The notes beneath the pieces were generated by a model. The model saw only the letters and a program-made list of their open reading frames with translations, had not been told where the DNA came from and ran no database searches. A stretch of 64,000 bases of DNA, taken from Vairimorpha necatrix. Taxonomy: Eukaryota. Below, in pieces: positions 1-11,689 of the stretch. How positions within the stretch are numbered: position 1 is the stretch's first letter; each line of letters starts with the position of its first letter. Both the position numbers and the translations under genes were made by a program. The stretch lies in assembly GCA_036630325.1 (NCBI GenBank), contig CP142737.1:558001-622000 (forward strand). Direction: 5' to 3'.

Positions 1-273
1 AACGATAGTTTTTAGTGTTGGTCCGATTTTGAGTCATTGGTATATTGCATTTATTGCACATAAGGACCCTCAAAATGTTTTTTTGCAATTAAAAATTGCA
101 TTAACTCATTTTTTTTATAGATGAGTTTTCTAAATTCTTTAATTCTCATTATGGGTCAAAAAATTTATTTTTTTATTTTTTTTTATTTTTTCCCTTTTTT
201 CCCTTTTTTTTATTTTTCCCCCTTTTTTTATTTTTTTAGGGGTGGGGGGGGGGGGTAAGTCGAGAACTTAACC
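1..273 (-). mobile_element. 5' end of a Merlin-like DNA transposon running off the window start (frameshifted N-terminus)
   Basis: Minus strand reads GGTTAAGTTCTCGACTTACCCC... (GG terminus), then an A-rich tract and CCCATA-ATG. The translation MRIKEFRKLIYKKNELMQFLIAK shifts frame into ...LMCNKCNIPMT, a CxxC start like the other Merlins here. Confidence 0.55.
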
Positions 274-766
274 TAAAGATGGTATAAGACCTGTTGTAAA
301 TCTTAGCAAAAATACTATCTTGAATTATATAAATTATCTGGATTCTCCGAGATTCAATTATAATAAGAAAGCTTTATTGTATTTCGCTTATTGCATAAGA
401 AATGATATAATGTCATGATAATAAAATGGATATAATTGAAGAAAATGAAAATGATATGAGAAGAGAAGATAAGATTGAAGATGAAAATGTATTAAGAGGA
501 AGGAAGAGAAGAAATTAAATCTAATAAAATATTAGGATTTAAAGTATCGAAAAGACTTTTAGACGACGCATACCTAGTTTTAAATGGAAAGTCGAAACTC
601 AGAACCAATAAAGCTCATTTAAAGGCTGTTATTAGAGGTGAGGGGATGTCGTAGTTACTTACGCTTAAACCGAGCATTTATAATGCTTGGATATTTCTTT
701 ATATTTTTATAATATTTTAACCCCATCTTATGGAAGAAGGAAGCCAAATAAACCGTTTCACTAACA
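274..766 (+). mobile_element. 3' remnant of a Ty3/gypsy element: decayed integrase tail, PPT and ~120-bp LTR (647-766)
   Basis: Polypurine AGAGGTGAGGGGA is followed directly by TGTCGTAG...CTAACA. The LTR contains CCCC-N5-ATG and AATAAA, as in other LTRs here. No partner LTR is visible. Confidence 0.5.
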
Positions 767-1247
767 ATTATAAAGGTTAAAGTTATCTAGCTTAATAATA
801 TTATTAGTTTTAGTTCTAATGCGTGAACATTTTTGTATTCTTGATACGTTTTTAGTACGAATATCAATTTTTTTTCTTTATAAGCTAAGTGATCCTAGTT
901 TATTTTCTTTAAGTAAAAATCTTAAATTCAATTTTTTTTGATGAAAAAACTAATAGTATTTTTTGTATTCAATTGCAAAATTTAATATCTATATAGTTTT
1001 CTGCTAAACCTTACAATATATTAGTTCTATAAAAAGAGACTTTTTATCAATTCAAGGCATTTATTGTGATATTGTGTTATGATCAGAATCTGACGCAGTT
1101 ATAGATCTATTAAAGGGTCGGTTTATCAATATTCGATAATTTTTTTTCTGTAAAAAAAATTTATAGATATTTCACCATAAATTAGTTTCTGTTCCAAGGC
1201 CTTTTATAAGTTATATTTGAAGTTTATAATATTTCCATTAAATACTA

Positions 1248-2813
1248 CCGGGTTTTCCGGGTTAAGAGATCCACCAATATAAGAGACCATGGATCTCTTA
1301 TATGGGTGGATCTCTTATAAGGATATAAAACATTTGAAATTTCTTTTAATTTTTTTCTAAATTTACCCCCATGAAAAGAAAGCGTACACTCTAAAAGAAA
1401 AATTAGCAGGATTACAAAGATTGCGTGCAAACAATGGGAATTTAAGTATGACTGTTCTAGAGTTGGAGATTACTAGGAAAATGCTTCGTGATTGGAAAAA
1501 GGCCGAAGTTAAAATGTATGGCCAAAGCAACATTAAAAATACTTAAAGAATCCGTGCCGGTACTTCTGCCAAATGGCCTCCTCTTGAAAAAATGTTTGTG
1601 GATTGGGTGAAGGTAGAGTGAGGTGAAAAGAAGCGAATTATCTCAACTTATAATATTAGAGATAAGGCCTTTGAAATAGCAGAGAAGTTGTCCATTACAG
1701 ATTTTAAGGCAAGTATGAGTTGGTTGATGGGGTTCAAAAGAAGAAATCATTTTTCATTTAGAAAAATAACATCTTTTGGACAGGAAGACAACAGAAGGCC
1801 TCAGGAGATTAAAGAAACCGTGTTGAATTATTTTGAAGCTTTTAATCATAAATTTAACTGTATGGACAGCCAAACAGTGGTGTATAATATGGATGAAACT
1901 CCTGTTTACATTGATATGATGCAATCGCGGACATTATCATTACCGGCGAAAAAACACTGAGGCATATACAACTGGAAATCTTAAGACTAAAATTTCCGTC
2001 GTTATTACTATTTCTTCAGAAGGTACTGTTTTAAGGGGAATGGCCATTTTAAAAGGCCTTAAAAAACCGCCAAAATGCTTTGTGCCAAATAATCTTTTTG
2101 TAGTTACATCTGAATCAGGGAACATGGATCAAAATCTGATGTTATTATGGATTCGTGCATGTTTAAACAAATATGGGCCATTTGAAAATAGAAAAAAAAA
2201 ACTTCTTATTCTTGACACCTATAAATCTCACTATACTGAAAAAGTTATGGAAAGTTTTGCTAATAATAACATTGAAACCGTTTTAATTCCCCCCCCAAAA
2301 AAAAAAAAAAACTACGTCTTATTTACAACCATTGGATGTTTTGATAAATTCTTCATTTAAGGCCGAATTAAAAAGAAAATGGCAGGAATGGCTTGCAAAC
2401 GGGCCAAAGGAATATACAAATAAAGGTTATAGGCGTAGACCGATCTGGGAATATATTTTGAATTCAATAGCGGATGCATTAAAAAAAATAACTTCTGAAA
2501 TGGCTTCTAAGGCTTTTAGATTGTGTGGAACAGATTCAATTTTTCATGAAAACAATACTTTTAATTTAAACAATAAACTTCAAGATGTTCTTAATTGTGC
2601 TGAAATTGAAGACGAAGGCCTAGACTGTGAAAATTTGTTTGAAGATTTTATAGAAATTTAAATGTTTATTACAATAAAGGGTTCATTTTTTCTAATATAT
2701 TTTTTTTACCATTTGGCTTGGGAGGTGGATCTCTTATACTAGTATAATAATTTCTTTTTAAAAAGTCGCAAAATTAGACTTTTGGGGTGGATCTCTTAAC
2801 CCGGAAAACCCGG
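1248..2813 (+). mobile_element. pogo-family (Tc1/mariner superfamily) DNA transposon
   Basis: 28-bp perfect TIR CCGGGTTTTCCGGGTTAAGAGATCCACC, TA on both flanks, and subterminal GGTGGATCTCTTA repeats. Confidence 0.93.
1371..2661 (+). pseudogene. pogo transposase (CENP-B HTH + DDE_1), interrupted by stops and frameshifts
   Basis: CCCCC-ATG at 1371. Fragments FKASMSWLMGFKRR, YNMDETPVY, LLILDTYKSH and (L)DVLINSSFKAEL lie in successive frames. Confidence 0.9.
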
Positions 2814-3341
2814 TAATAAAAAAATACACATACAACATATTTAAATTTTAAATTTAAAGTCATCAACAATTTCTAATTTTTTTAAACGCTTTAGACTTGC
2901 ATAAACTAAAGTCTTTTTTAACATTTCTGCATAAATAAATTTTAAAAATTAATAAACGAGTTTTTTGTTTACTTTTTTAAAAATAAGATGCACTTCTGAG
3001 TTCGTAATATATATATATGTTGACGTTAGACGAAATATGAGATTTAGTTGAATTGTATTTATTTTTACCCATGATTGTTATTCCAAAAAGGTATTTATAT
3101 TTATTTCTGAAACTTTGTTTCAGACTGAGACGTTTTACTGATTAGAATTACCAATCATGATATCTGGACTATCCGCCGTCCACACTCTTCCCTTCATCAA
3201 ATAAGATATCGTCTTTTCAGTTTCGGTTACGGCAACTAAATCTTTACGATTAATGTCAAAGGTTTTTCTTCCACAAAGACTTCTTATCTGATAAGCACCC
3301 TTGCCTTTCGTGGCAATAATTTCAAACTCTTCATCTTCGTA

Positions 3342-4463
3342 TTATGATTCAAATTTTCTCTTTAAAAGTGCATGTTTCTTCAGAAGAACCATATCTCCTA
3401 TTTCCAAGTCATTAGGGTCTGACTTCTTAAGGTTTCGTTCGTTAACCTTTTCTCTTTTCTTATCTTCTACTTCCTTCACATTTTGCTGGATGACATTTAA
3501 TTTCTCTTTCTTCTGTCTTACGTATCCAATTGGATCAACAAAATATAGCTCGAAGTCTTTAGGAATCTCAAGTAGATTACTTGGAATTATCGGCTCTCTA
3601 CCGTATAATAACATAAATGGTGAAGCATTAAAACGTTCTACTATCCCTATCCTATATTGCATCAGCACATATGGGAATACTCTGTCCCAGTTTTGCTCGT
3701 GATCTACCATGGCTTTAGATATTTTTTCTATTATCGTCTTGTTTGTTCTCTCTGCAAGACCATTGGCCTGTGGATGATATGGAGATGAATGTTTAAATTT
3801 AGATCCCCATAGTTCTGCTACTGAATTTACTAATCTGTTTGTAAACTCCAACCCCTGATCACTCCTGATCGTTTTGACCGTTCCATGTCGTGAAAATACA
3901 TCTTCCACTAAAAATCTAGCTATCTCTTCAGCCGATTTCTTTTTTAACGCTTTACCTTCGACCCATTTGGTAAAATAGTCGGTTGCCAGGACAATGAATC
4001 TATTTATCACTGAATGCCCTAATAAGTCTACCCTTTGTGTACAAAACACACTTTTCTCGGTACTTATTTTCAATCCATTCGCTAACAGAACTTGAAGCAC
4101 TTCTTTCACGTCCCTGTGATGTTCTTCGTGTGTTTTACTGTATATGGTAATATCGTCCATATAAACCACGACTTTTGAATTTATTAAATTCCTAAAAACT
4201 CCATACATGAGTCTCTGGGAGGTTGCGGCCGCGTTCGTTAATCCAAAAGGCATCTTACAATACTGAAATTTGCCTACTGGCGACATAAATGCCGTAAGCT
4301 CTTCCGACTCTGGGTCCATCGGTACTTGATGATAACCCTTTTCTAGATCTAACTGTGTGAACCATCTAGCTCCGCTCAGAGAGTTCAGACACTCTTCAAT
4401 CGTTGGAGGTTGGCAAACTTCCTTCGCCGTCCGATTATTCAACTGACGATAATCTATACACAT
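3342..4463 (-). pseudogene. RT fused in frame to a partial integrase core (RNase H and HHCC region deleted)
   Basis: CIDYRQLN, MPFGLTNA, YMDD and LLGHSVI are joined directly to NRFIVLATDYFTKW, SDQGLEF and QANGLAER. Confidence 0.85.
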
Positions 4464-4469
4464 TCTTTG

Positions 4470-5963
4470 TCATCTTGTCCGTTTCTTTACAACTACAATA
4501 GGCGCGTTCCACCTACTCACACTTTCTTTAATTATACCATTTTTAGCCAGTTCCAGGCATTCATTAATAATAAATTCTTTCTTTTTGCCATCCATGGCAT
4601 AGCTTCTCATATTTGCTATCGTCACGTTGGGAAGTAAATCAATTTTATGGGCTATTCCCAACGTGTTCCCGAGACCTTCTTCACGTCCATTCAGTCTTTT
4701 GAAGTACTCCTTTACCAATCCTAAGGAGTTGTCACACGCACTGTGCACACTTGGCTGACGTGATGTCTCTATGGATAATTGTCTCAACTCGAGACAGTCC
4801 ATATTCTTTTTCATGTATCCTGTTTTCATAATATTGTTCCTAAGGGGTACTCTCTTCTTTTGGAAATCAATTTTTCCTTCGTTTCTTGTTAGGAAGTCTC
4901 TACCTAATATTATGTCTTCACTTAAGGGACACATCACCTGGAGTGGGATCCTATACTTCTTCCCCTCAATCTCCAGGACTTCTTCTATAGTACCATAATT
5001 AGAAACTATCCCAGTCGCGGTTGTTATGGGTTCCCTTTTAACATTTTTTAACTTACATTTTTTGACTAAACTTTTGTCAATAAAAGAATGAGATGCGCCT
5101 GTATCTAATAAGGCATCAACAAGTTTTTTATTAAGTTTAACTTTCAAATAGACTAAATCAGTTTTATTTTCTTCTTCTTCAAAAAGTTTTTTCACCTCTT
5201 TAGTTTCTTTTGTCTGCCGACGCTTATCGCTTGGACACTTCTTTGCAACATGTGGTCCTCCACAGTTATAGCAAGCAAAGTTAATTTTAGATTCTTTTCC
5301 TTGTTTACTTGCCGATATCAAATTTTTAGATTTCACTTCTATCGGCGATCTTCTAGGACTGTATAGTCCTTTAATTAGCTTTTCATTTTCTTTTATGATT
5401 TTCAAAAGACTCTTCCAATCAATCGATGCTTTCACTTGTTCGAAAAGAACACTTGGGGAAAGCTCGATTAATTCAATCTTTATAACACTAAAATCAAGTT
5501 TAGATTTTCGGTTCTGTGCCATAATGTCAAGTATAAATTCTTCGAGGTCATTATTTCGGGGACCTGATATTAAAAGTTTGTACATCTCTTTAGTCTCATT
5601 TTTTGTTGTACTTTGGGTTTTACTGAACCTGGTTGTGAAAGCTACTTTGAATGTAGTGAAATCCGTGTACTCGATGTCTTCCAAAGCTACCATCCATTTC
5701 TTTGCTTTCCCCACAACATGTGGCTTCATATACGCGAGTAGTTTTTCGCCTTTCCATTCTTCTTCCAAATAGGAAAACTGTTCAAACCATGCCTCAACTT
5801 CTATGCCATCACTACCACCAAATGATCTTATGTCTTTCCTAGAACCCACTGTTTCTAATAACGTGCTCAGCCTGTCTTTACCTGCAGGTCTATCTTCGTT
5901 GTCGCCAATGTTGACGTTAGACGAAATATGAGATTTAGTTGAATTGTATTTATTTTTACCCAT
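4470..5963 (-). CDS. Gag (CCHC knuckle) + aspartic protease + start of RT
   Basis: CYNCGGPHVAKKC, ALLDTGASHSF, IILGRDFL, SRWNAPIVVVKK. The ATG lies inside the 5' LTR and the ORF is frameshifted relative to the rest of pol. Confidence 0.9.
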   Translation of the reverse strand: MGKNKYNSTKSHISSNVNIGDNEDRPAGKDRLSTLLETVGSRKDIRSFGGSDGIEVEAWFEQFSYLEEEWKGEKLLAYMKPHVVGKAKKWMVALEDIEYTDFTTFKVAFTTRFSKTQSTTKNETKEMYKLLISGPRNNDLEEFILDIMAQNRKSKLDFSVIKIELIELSPSVLFEQVKASIDWKSLLKIIKENEKLIKGLYSPRRSPIEVKSKNLISASKQGKESKINFACYNCGGPHVAKKCPSDKRRQTKETKEVKKLFEEEENKTDLVYLKVKLNKKLVDALLDTGASHSFIDKSLVKKCKLKNVKREPITTATGIVSNYGTIEEVLEIEGKKYRIPLQVMCPLSEDIILGRDFLTRNEGKIDFQKKRVPLRNNIMKTGYMKKNMDCLELRQLSIETSRQPSVHSACDNSLGLVKEYFKRLNGREEGLGNTLGIAHKIDLLPNVTIANMRSYAMDGKKKEFIINECLELAKNGIIKESVSRWNAPIVVVKKRTR

Positions 5964-6237
5964 GATTGTTATTCCAAAAAGGTATTTATATTTATTTCTG
6001 AAACATTGTTTCAGACTGAGGCGTTTTACTGATTAGAATTACCAATCATGATATCTGGACTATCCGCCGTCCACATATATATAATGGGAGTAGAGTAATT
6101 ATACAAAATGAATCATAATATTACGAATTTATAATAATATTCTATGGATTTACATGTTCATATATGAAAACTAAAATTATAATTAATAGCGCAGAAATTC
6201 TTGAATATAAAGACATCTAAATTATAAGCTCGAAAAT

Positions 6238-6544
6238 TGTGGCAATATTTACCACATTATAGATTTTTACTCTTATATTCCTTCCAATTGAATTTTCTAG
6301 AAAATAGTTTGCTATTAAAATTTTTTTTTCTTTTACCCCCACAAAAAAGGATGTGCGAGAAGAAGAATCACTACTACAATTATGGGAGGTCACCAAGAGA
6401 CATATCCCCTCACAAGAGGACAGCTAATTAACCAACTGGGATTAGCATCAATAAAAAAATTCAAATAAAACTAATCTAAGTGCAGGGGGAAGCATCGTTG
6501 AATGCTATTTACAAAATGGCCATCTTCCTGGTGTAAACACCACA
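6238..6544 (+). mobile_element. Solo LTR (~307 bp)
   Basis: TGTGG...CCACA termini, 5-bp TSD AAAAT on both sides, internal CCCC..ATG mini-ORF, and a diverged inverted copy at 51675-51976. Confidence 0.8.
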
Positions 6545-7295
6545 AAAATACATTTATAATGTACTTTAAAATTTCTGTTTTTTTCTTTACAGAAATTTTT
6601 TTATATACACATAAATACTATAACAACAGTTATATTTTTTAATATTATAAATAAAAAACTTTTATGATTCAGATTAAATCAACCCCTAAAAATATAAATA
6701 ATCATTTTGAGTCAGATTATTATTAATTAAGTCACTAAATGGAAATTTGATTGTTCTTTTTGAAAAAAATATTTATCGTTTTAATGGGAATGACGTGGAT
6801 AATCATTTACAAAGGTAATATTTCAGTGTATATATGAGAGAATTGGCATATAAAAAATTACAGTTTGTTATTAAATACATAGTAAATAATAATGTGAAAG
6901 AATTTGACAAAATTCTGACCTAAGTATTATTCAAACCTTTTTAATTATATAATATTTGTTATAGTTAAAAAATAAATTTTTGTGTAATTAGATTTATCAT
7001 TATGTCCAAAAATATAGAAATCAAATAACGATATTTATAAATAGATTGTATTGTTTTTTATATAAATAAATTGTTTGATTCATAATATTCTTTTGGATTT
7101 TCAATATACGTGCTTAAAATCGTCAGAAACATTGCAAATATTTGTAAGTAAACAATTAAAAATTACAGAAACATGTTTTTTATCTTTTCTGAATATTTTT
7201 TGAAATTATGTAAGATAAAACAAATATGAGTATACATGATATAATAACCCCTTTCTCCTTTTAAAAGATAAAACCAAAAAAAAATTACGAAGGAT

Positions 7296-8444
7296 ATGAC
7301 AAAAAAGAGAGATAAACCAGAAACCCCTTTTTTACAGACAAAATCTTCTAAGACATCTAAATCAAATAACCCGTCGAAAGCAAACAAGAAACTGAAAACT
7401 GAAAATAAAAACACAGGCACTAATACAAGAAATGGTAATGACGGTCGAAAAAAACATTCTAAATTGAAATTAAAACAAGATACAGACTCATTTGATGATT
7501 TATATGATACTTATATCCCAGGTTCCGAGAACTGGCCAAAAAGACAAAGCTCACAGATAAAAAATAGAAATAACGCCGAAAATAGTATTTATAAATCTAA
7601 AAGTTTTAACGATTATAAAGAAGGTGATGAAAAGTTACCTATTGAATATTTAGTTGAATGCGCCAAACAAGAAGTTGTATCACCAAAAAAAGAAAAAAAG
7701 ACAAACCTTCAATATTTATTAGAAGCTGCACTTGAAGCAGAAAATGAACTAACCAAAAATTCTAACATAAAAAAAAGAAAGTTATCGGAAAAATCTGATG
7801 TTTTAAATAAAATAGAGAAAAGGAAAAATCTAAAACAAAACAAAAAGTTAGATCATACAACAAACGAATCTAGAAAAGAAAAAGATGTTGGAATTCTTTC
7901 TGAAGCAACACTTGAATATGATAATGAACAACCCCTAGAAATTAATACAGAAAGTAGAAGATTAGAGGCGAAATCAGAATGTGAAGGGATAAAAAACATA
8001 CAGAAAAAGTTAAAACATAATCAAAAGATTAGTTTAGATCAAAATGAAGATAAATTAGTAATTCGAATACCAGCATATACTCCCAAAGAAAACTTAAAAA
8101 CGAAAAAAGCGCTGAAATCAAAGAATAAAAAAGTAAAACGTGCTATGGATAACCCAATAATAGAAAGTAAAAATTATCCTAAAGACATGTTTCCTGTAGA
8201 GATTATCGGGGATAAAAAAATGTACCTTTGTCCGTGGCGAGGTTGGGACGATATGTCCAAAACTTGCAATAGACAGTGGCATACTTTGAACCAAGTAAAA
8301 AGACATTACCATTCGCATACTGGAATAAAGGGTATTGAATGTCCAAGCAAGGGATGTAACAGGAAGTTTACTAGAAAAGATTTTGTGAAAAGACATCTCA
8401 ACGAAAGTTGCAAATACAAAGATGAAAAGAAGAAAAAAGAATAA
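7296..8444 (+). CDS. C2H2-type zinc-finger protein (putative transcription factor), Lys-rich N-terminus
   Basis: 382-aa intact ORF ending YLCPWRGWDDMSKTCNRQWHTLNQVKRHYHSH-TGIKG-IECPSKGCNRKFTRKDFVKRHLNESC, with a TGEKP-like linker. AATAAA follows the stop. Confidence 0.85.
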   Translation: MTKKRDKPETPFLQTKSSKTSKSNNPSKANKKLKTENKNTGTNTRNGNDGRKKHSKLKLKQDTDSFDDLYDTYIPGSENWPKRQSSQIKNRNNAENSIYKSKSFNDYKEGDEKLPIEYLVECAKQEVVSPKKEKKTNLQYLLEAALEAENELTKNSNIKKRKLSEKSDVLNKIEKRKNLKQNKKLDHTTNESRKEKDVGILSEATLEYDNEQPLEINTESRRLEAKSECEGIKNIQKKLKHNQKISLDQNEDKLVIRIPAYTPKENLKTKKALKSKNKKVKRAMDNPIIESKNYPKDMFPVEIIGDKKMYLCPWRGWDDMSKTCNRQWHTLNQVKRHYHSHTGIKGIECPSKGCNRKFTRKDFVKRHLNESCKYKDEKKKKE

Positions 8445-8834
8445 TATTTTAAGAAAAAAGGGCAATACACTAATAAACTATAGAGTTTTATACATTTTTT
8501 CTTTTTTTCACGTTATGTTTTGTTTCTTTACACAAAGAAAAAAAAATATGTTAATTAGCCCGATTTACAGAATAATAAATCAATTCTAAAACTTTTGAAA
8601 TGCTAAGTAAATAAATTTGTAACTATTTTTAATAGATATATAAATAATGGACAATTTGTTTCTGTTTATTTCTTAGGGCTTTTTTTACTATAGTAAGATA
8701 AAAAGATCAAAGAAATTAATTATTATTATTTTATGCAAACTAAAAAAAAAAATTTTCATCTGATTTTTTATCAGAATTATAACGAAATTATATTAATTCC
8801 GTCTTACTTACACTTGTGTTATTGTAGTCTTTTG

Positions 8835-8893
8835 GGATCAAGTCCATTATATGCCCAGGATTAGAAATTTTGGGCATATAATGGACTTGATCC
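8835..8893. repeat. Perfect 23-bp inverted repeat with 13-nt spacer (possible minimal Merlin-type MITE or terminus)
   Basis: GGATCAAGTCCATTATATGCCCA ... TGGGCATATAATGGACTTGATCC, with GG..CC ends. Confidence 0.8.
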
Positions 8894-9868
8894 GAAAAGA
8901 ATATGTTTGAACAAAAGAAAACATTTTCATATTATGACAATCGAACAAATTTATGCTTCCAAATAACTTCGAACTATTGTATGAAAAACACATAGAAGTA
9001 GTATTGTACACCATCCGCGATGATAATATTGGAATAATCTAAAGATAATTTATTTCGTGCTCATTGTTCTTTTCAATATTTCTCTTCGTATGTATTAACC
9101 AGGAAAATTTCTCTTAAAATATTATTTGTATATTATATCATAAATGTTTATCATAAAACTACAATAAAAGCTTTCATACTGCAAAATTATCATAATATCC
9201 TACCTGTCACATACAGACATAACTTTTTAATGTATGACTTCTCTTTGAAATAAATTATGTCATCTGGGGGTTTGTGGAAAATCAGAATTTAATTATTAAT
9301 TAATGCATAAATAAGAATCATCCGGTCTGTTAATTTTTTTTTGCAACCAACCTAAATCAAATTTTTAAATGCCGTATATATATATAAATTTTCTATTTCA
9401 GATCTAATTTCTATGAAAGATACTCGATATTACCCTTATATTTGTAAAATAAAGAACAATCTGGTATTTGAAAAGTAACAACATCGAAATAATTGCGTAA
9501 TTTATCACTATACAAAAAACAAATGCTAGGATAAGATATATTGCTGAAGTCCAATGTGAAATGTAAGATAACATTGACATAAAAAATCATAAAAACATTG
9601 TATCAATACACAAATAATATAATGTGATCAATTGTTTTCCTCTTATTTATTTTTACATTTATGTTTTGCCGCTTTGTGAAGATCTTAAATTTATATATAA
9701 CTACATAGTTCGTAACTGTAGAAAGTATGCTGTACTTTTTTAAGTACAATTAAAAAAAATCAATGGAACTTTTAACTTATTCGAATATTTTGGTAAAAAA
9801 TAATTTTTTTGAGTGTCATATAACATGAGATTACGATGTTATTGGCCGAATCTTCCATAAATATTAAG

Positions 9869-10015
9869 TGTTGAAGTAGACTAAATATGCAGTATTGAAA
9901 TATTATTTCAATTACTTACCTTCGTCAATTCGAAGATGGATTTATATTCAACACAAACAATTGTTTCAGATGCCAAGAAGACAATCTGATTCGTCCGGAC
10001 TATCCGTCGCCCACA
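9869..10015 (-). mobile_element. Diverged solo LTR related to the 3018-6075 element
   Basis: TGTTGAAGTAGACTAAATATG...TTGTTTCAGA...GGACTATCCGTCGCCCACA aligns by eye with TGTTGACGTTAGACGAAATATG...TTGTTTCAGA...GGACTATCCGCCGTCCACA. No intact TSD. Confidence 0.75.
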
Positions 10016-10673
10016 ATAAATAATATACTTATTGCTAATGGTCAAAAACATAAAGTATTTTTAAATTATAAAGTAATTGAACACATCAATACAGACTTAT
10101 ATTCGAAAGAAGGCATAGAAATGTTTTTTATAAGCATTAACATAACAACCGTCACCATTGAAAATACCCTTAAACTGCAATTATATAAACAATCTGTTTA
10201 CATAGAGTTTGAAAGAACTCCATTAAAAGAAATTAAAATCAATATAAATAAAAATTTTATGTAAAAATAAAACAAATAAATAAATTAAATAAAAAAGGTA
10301 AAAATACAAAAAAAATTGAAAGGATTGAAACATAAAGACTCTTTTATATCAGTAATGAGCCATCAACTGTTTTTAGAGTTTAACATAGCTTAAAAAAATA
10401 CAGAAAGAGTACGGTAAAAAGATACAATAAAACCAGATTGACATATAATTTAAGTCACTATCGTTATAATATATTGTGAGGTGAAAACTTCTAAGGTTGC
10501 AAAACGTTTTAAGTAAATATTTCGAGTTTTTTAACCGTTTACTATTATTAAAAAAATAGAACTGTAGTATTATTTGTCCCCGTTCGGAGCGGAATCCAAG
10601 AAAAAGGCTTTATTGAGAAGGGTAAAAAATTAAGAAAAAAAAATCCGGTAGGAGCGGAATCTAGGAAAAATGC

Positions 10674-11525
10674 GGCCATAGTCAGCTTTAGGACGCAAAT
10701 TTCGATATAGGTATTTTTTGATTTTTTGCCCCTTTTTTAAAAAAATGGAAGAAAGAAAAAGACAAGAGCAGAATTAAAAACAGTGTATGAAAATTTAATT
10801 ACTAAAAGACAAAATCAGATTTGCAGTGTGTGATAAGAGAATGAGGCTTACGAGAAAACATAGTTTTGTTTTAATTTGTACCTGGAAAGATTGTAAGAAG
10901 CAAACATCGATATGGACAAATACTTTCTTTGAAAACTTTAAACTCGATCATGTCCCGATTTTGTAGGTACTAAATTCGTGGATTCTTAGCTATATTCGTA
11001 AATTTATTTGCCAAATTCTCTGTTGTTCTAAATTTTCGATATCTTTTTTACTTAAAAAATTAAAGGAATTAAATTTCTATGATATATATTTATCATCTTT
11101 AACAAGATAGAAGGAGAAAATATCATTGTTGAAATAAATGAAACTAAAATTGGAAAAAATAAATATAACAGAGGAAAATTAGTGAAGGGATTTTTGTGTT
11201 TCGGCATGATAGAACGTATTATCGAACTTAAGATTGTGGTTCTATATATTTGAAAATGAGATAAAAAATTCAAATGGGCCTTTTATTAAAATTTGTAAGT
11301 ACAAAAGATCTATACATAGTGATATGTAGAGGGCTTTTCATTTTCAAGTGAGAATTTTTAAGAACGCCATATGGTTAACCACTTGTTGACTTTCGAGATC
11401 CAATACTGGATATTGGGTTTACACAAATACCATTAACGCAATTGGCGTTCCCCATAAACTCTATACCTAAAAACAAGTAGGAAAATGGCGCAAAACTTTA
11501 TTTATTTAGGTACATGTATGATATC
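10674..11525 (+). mobile_element. Degraded Merlin, same family as 49450-50451
   Basis: Left end GGCCATAGTCAGCTTTAG...TTCGATATAGG resembles the 49450 TIR. Coding remnants MEERK, EINETKIGKNKYNRGKLVKG, VNH and TNT are present. The right TIR is missing. Confidence 0.8.
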
Positions 11526-11689
11526 ATGAATGCCATAAAAATATTAAAAACATTTCCCTCCTATAATTTTTTAAGTATTTAACACAAATAAGGGGCACGT
11601 GATGAACAGAAAGCGTAAATTTTTTTTTAAATACATTCCTGAGTGGTGGATACCACAAGTTAATTTTAACAAAGACGTATCCTAAGCAA

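Larger units (their letters stand above)
3018..6075 (-). mobile_element. Ty3/gypsy LTR retrotransposon, internally deleted
   Basis: 167-bp TG..CA LTRs at 3018-3184 and 5909-6075 with 2 differences seen, inserted in a (TA)n tract. PBS TGGCGACAAC (tRNA-Ser-like) and PPT GAAGGGAAGAG. Confidence 0.95.

Noticed and set aside
3301-5772. Plus-strand ORFs overlapping the Ty3 element (and similar ones at 31479-31825, 41720-42052, 8118-8465)
   Set aside because: They are antisense shadows of real coding frames with no motifs of their own.
8900-9330. Possible piggyBac remnant on the minus strand
   Set aside because: Only one or two weak motif hints and no TTAA-CCC termini.
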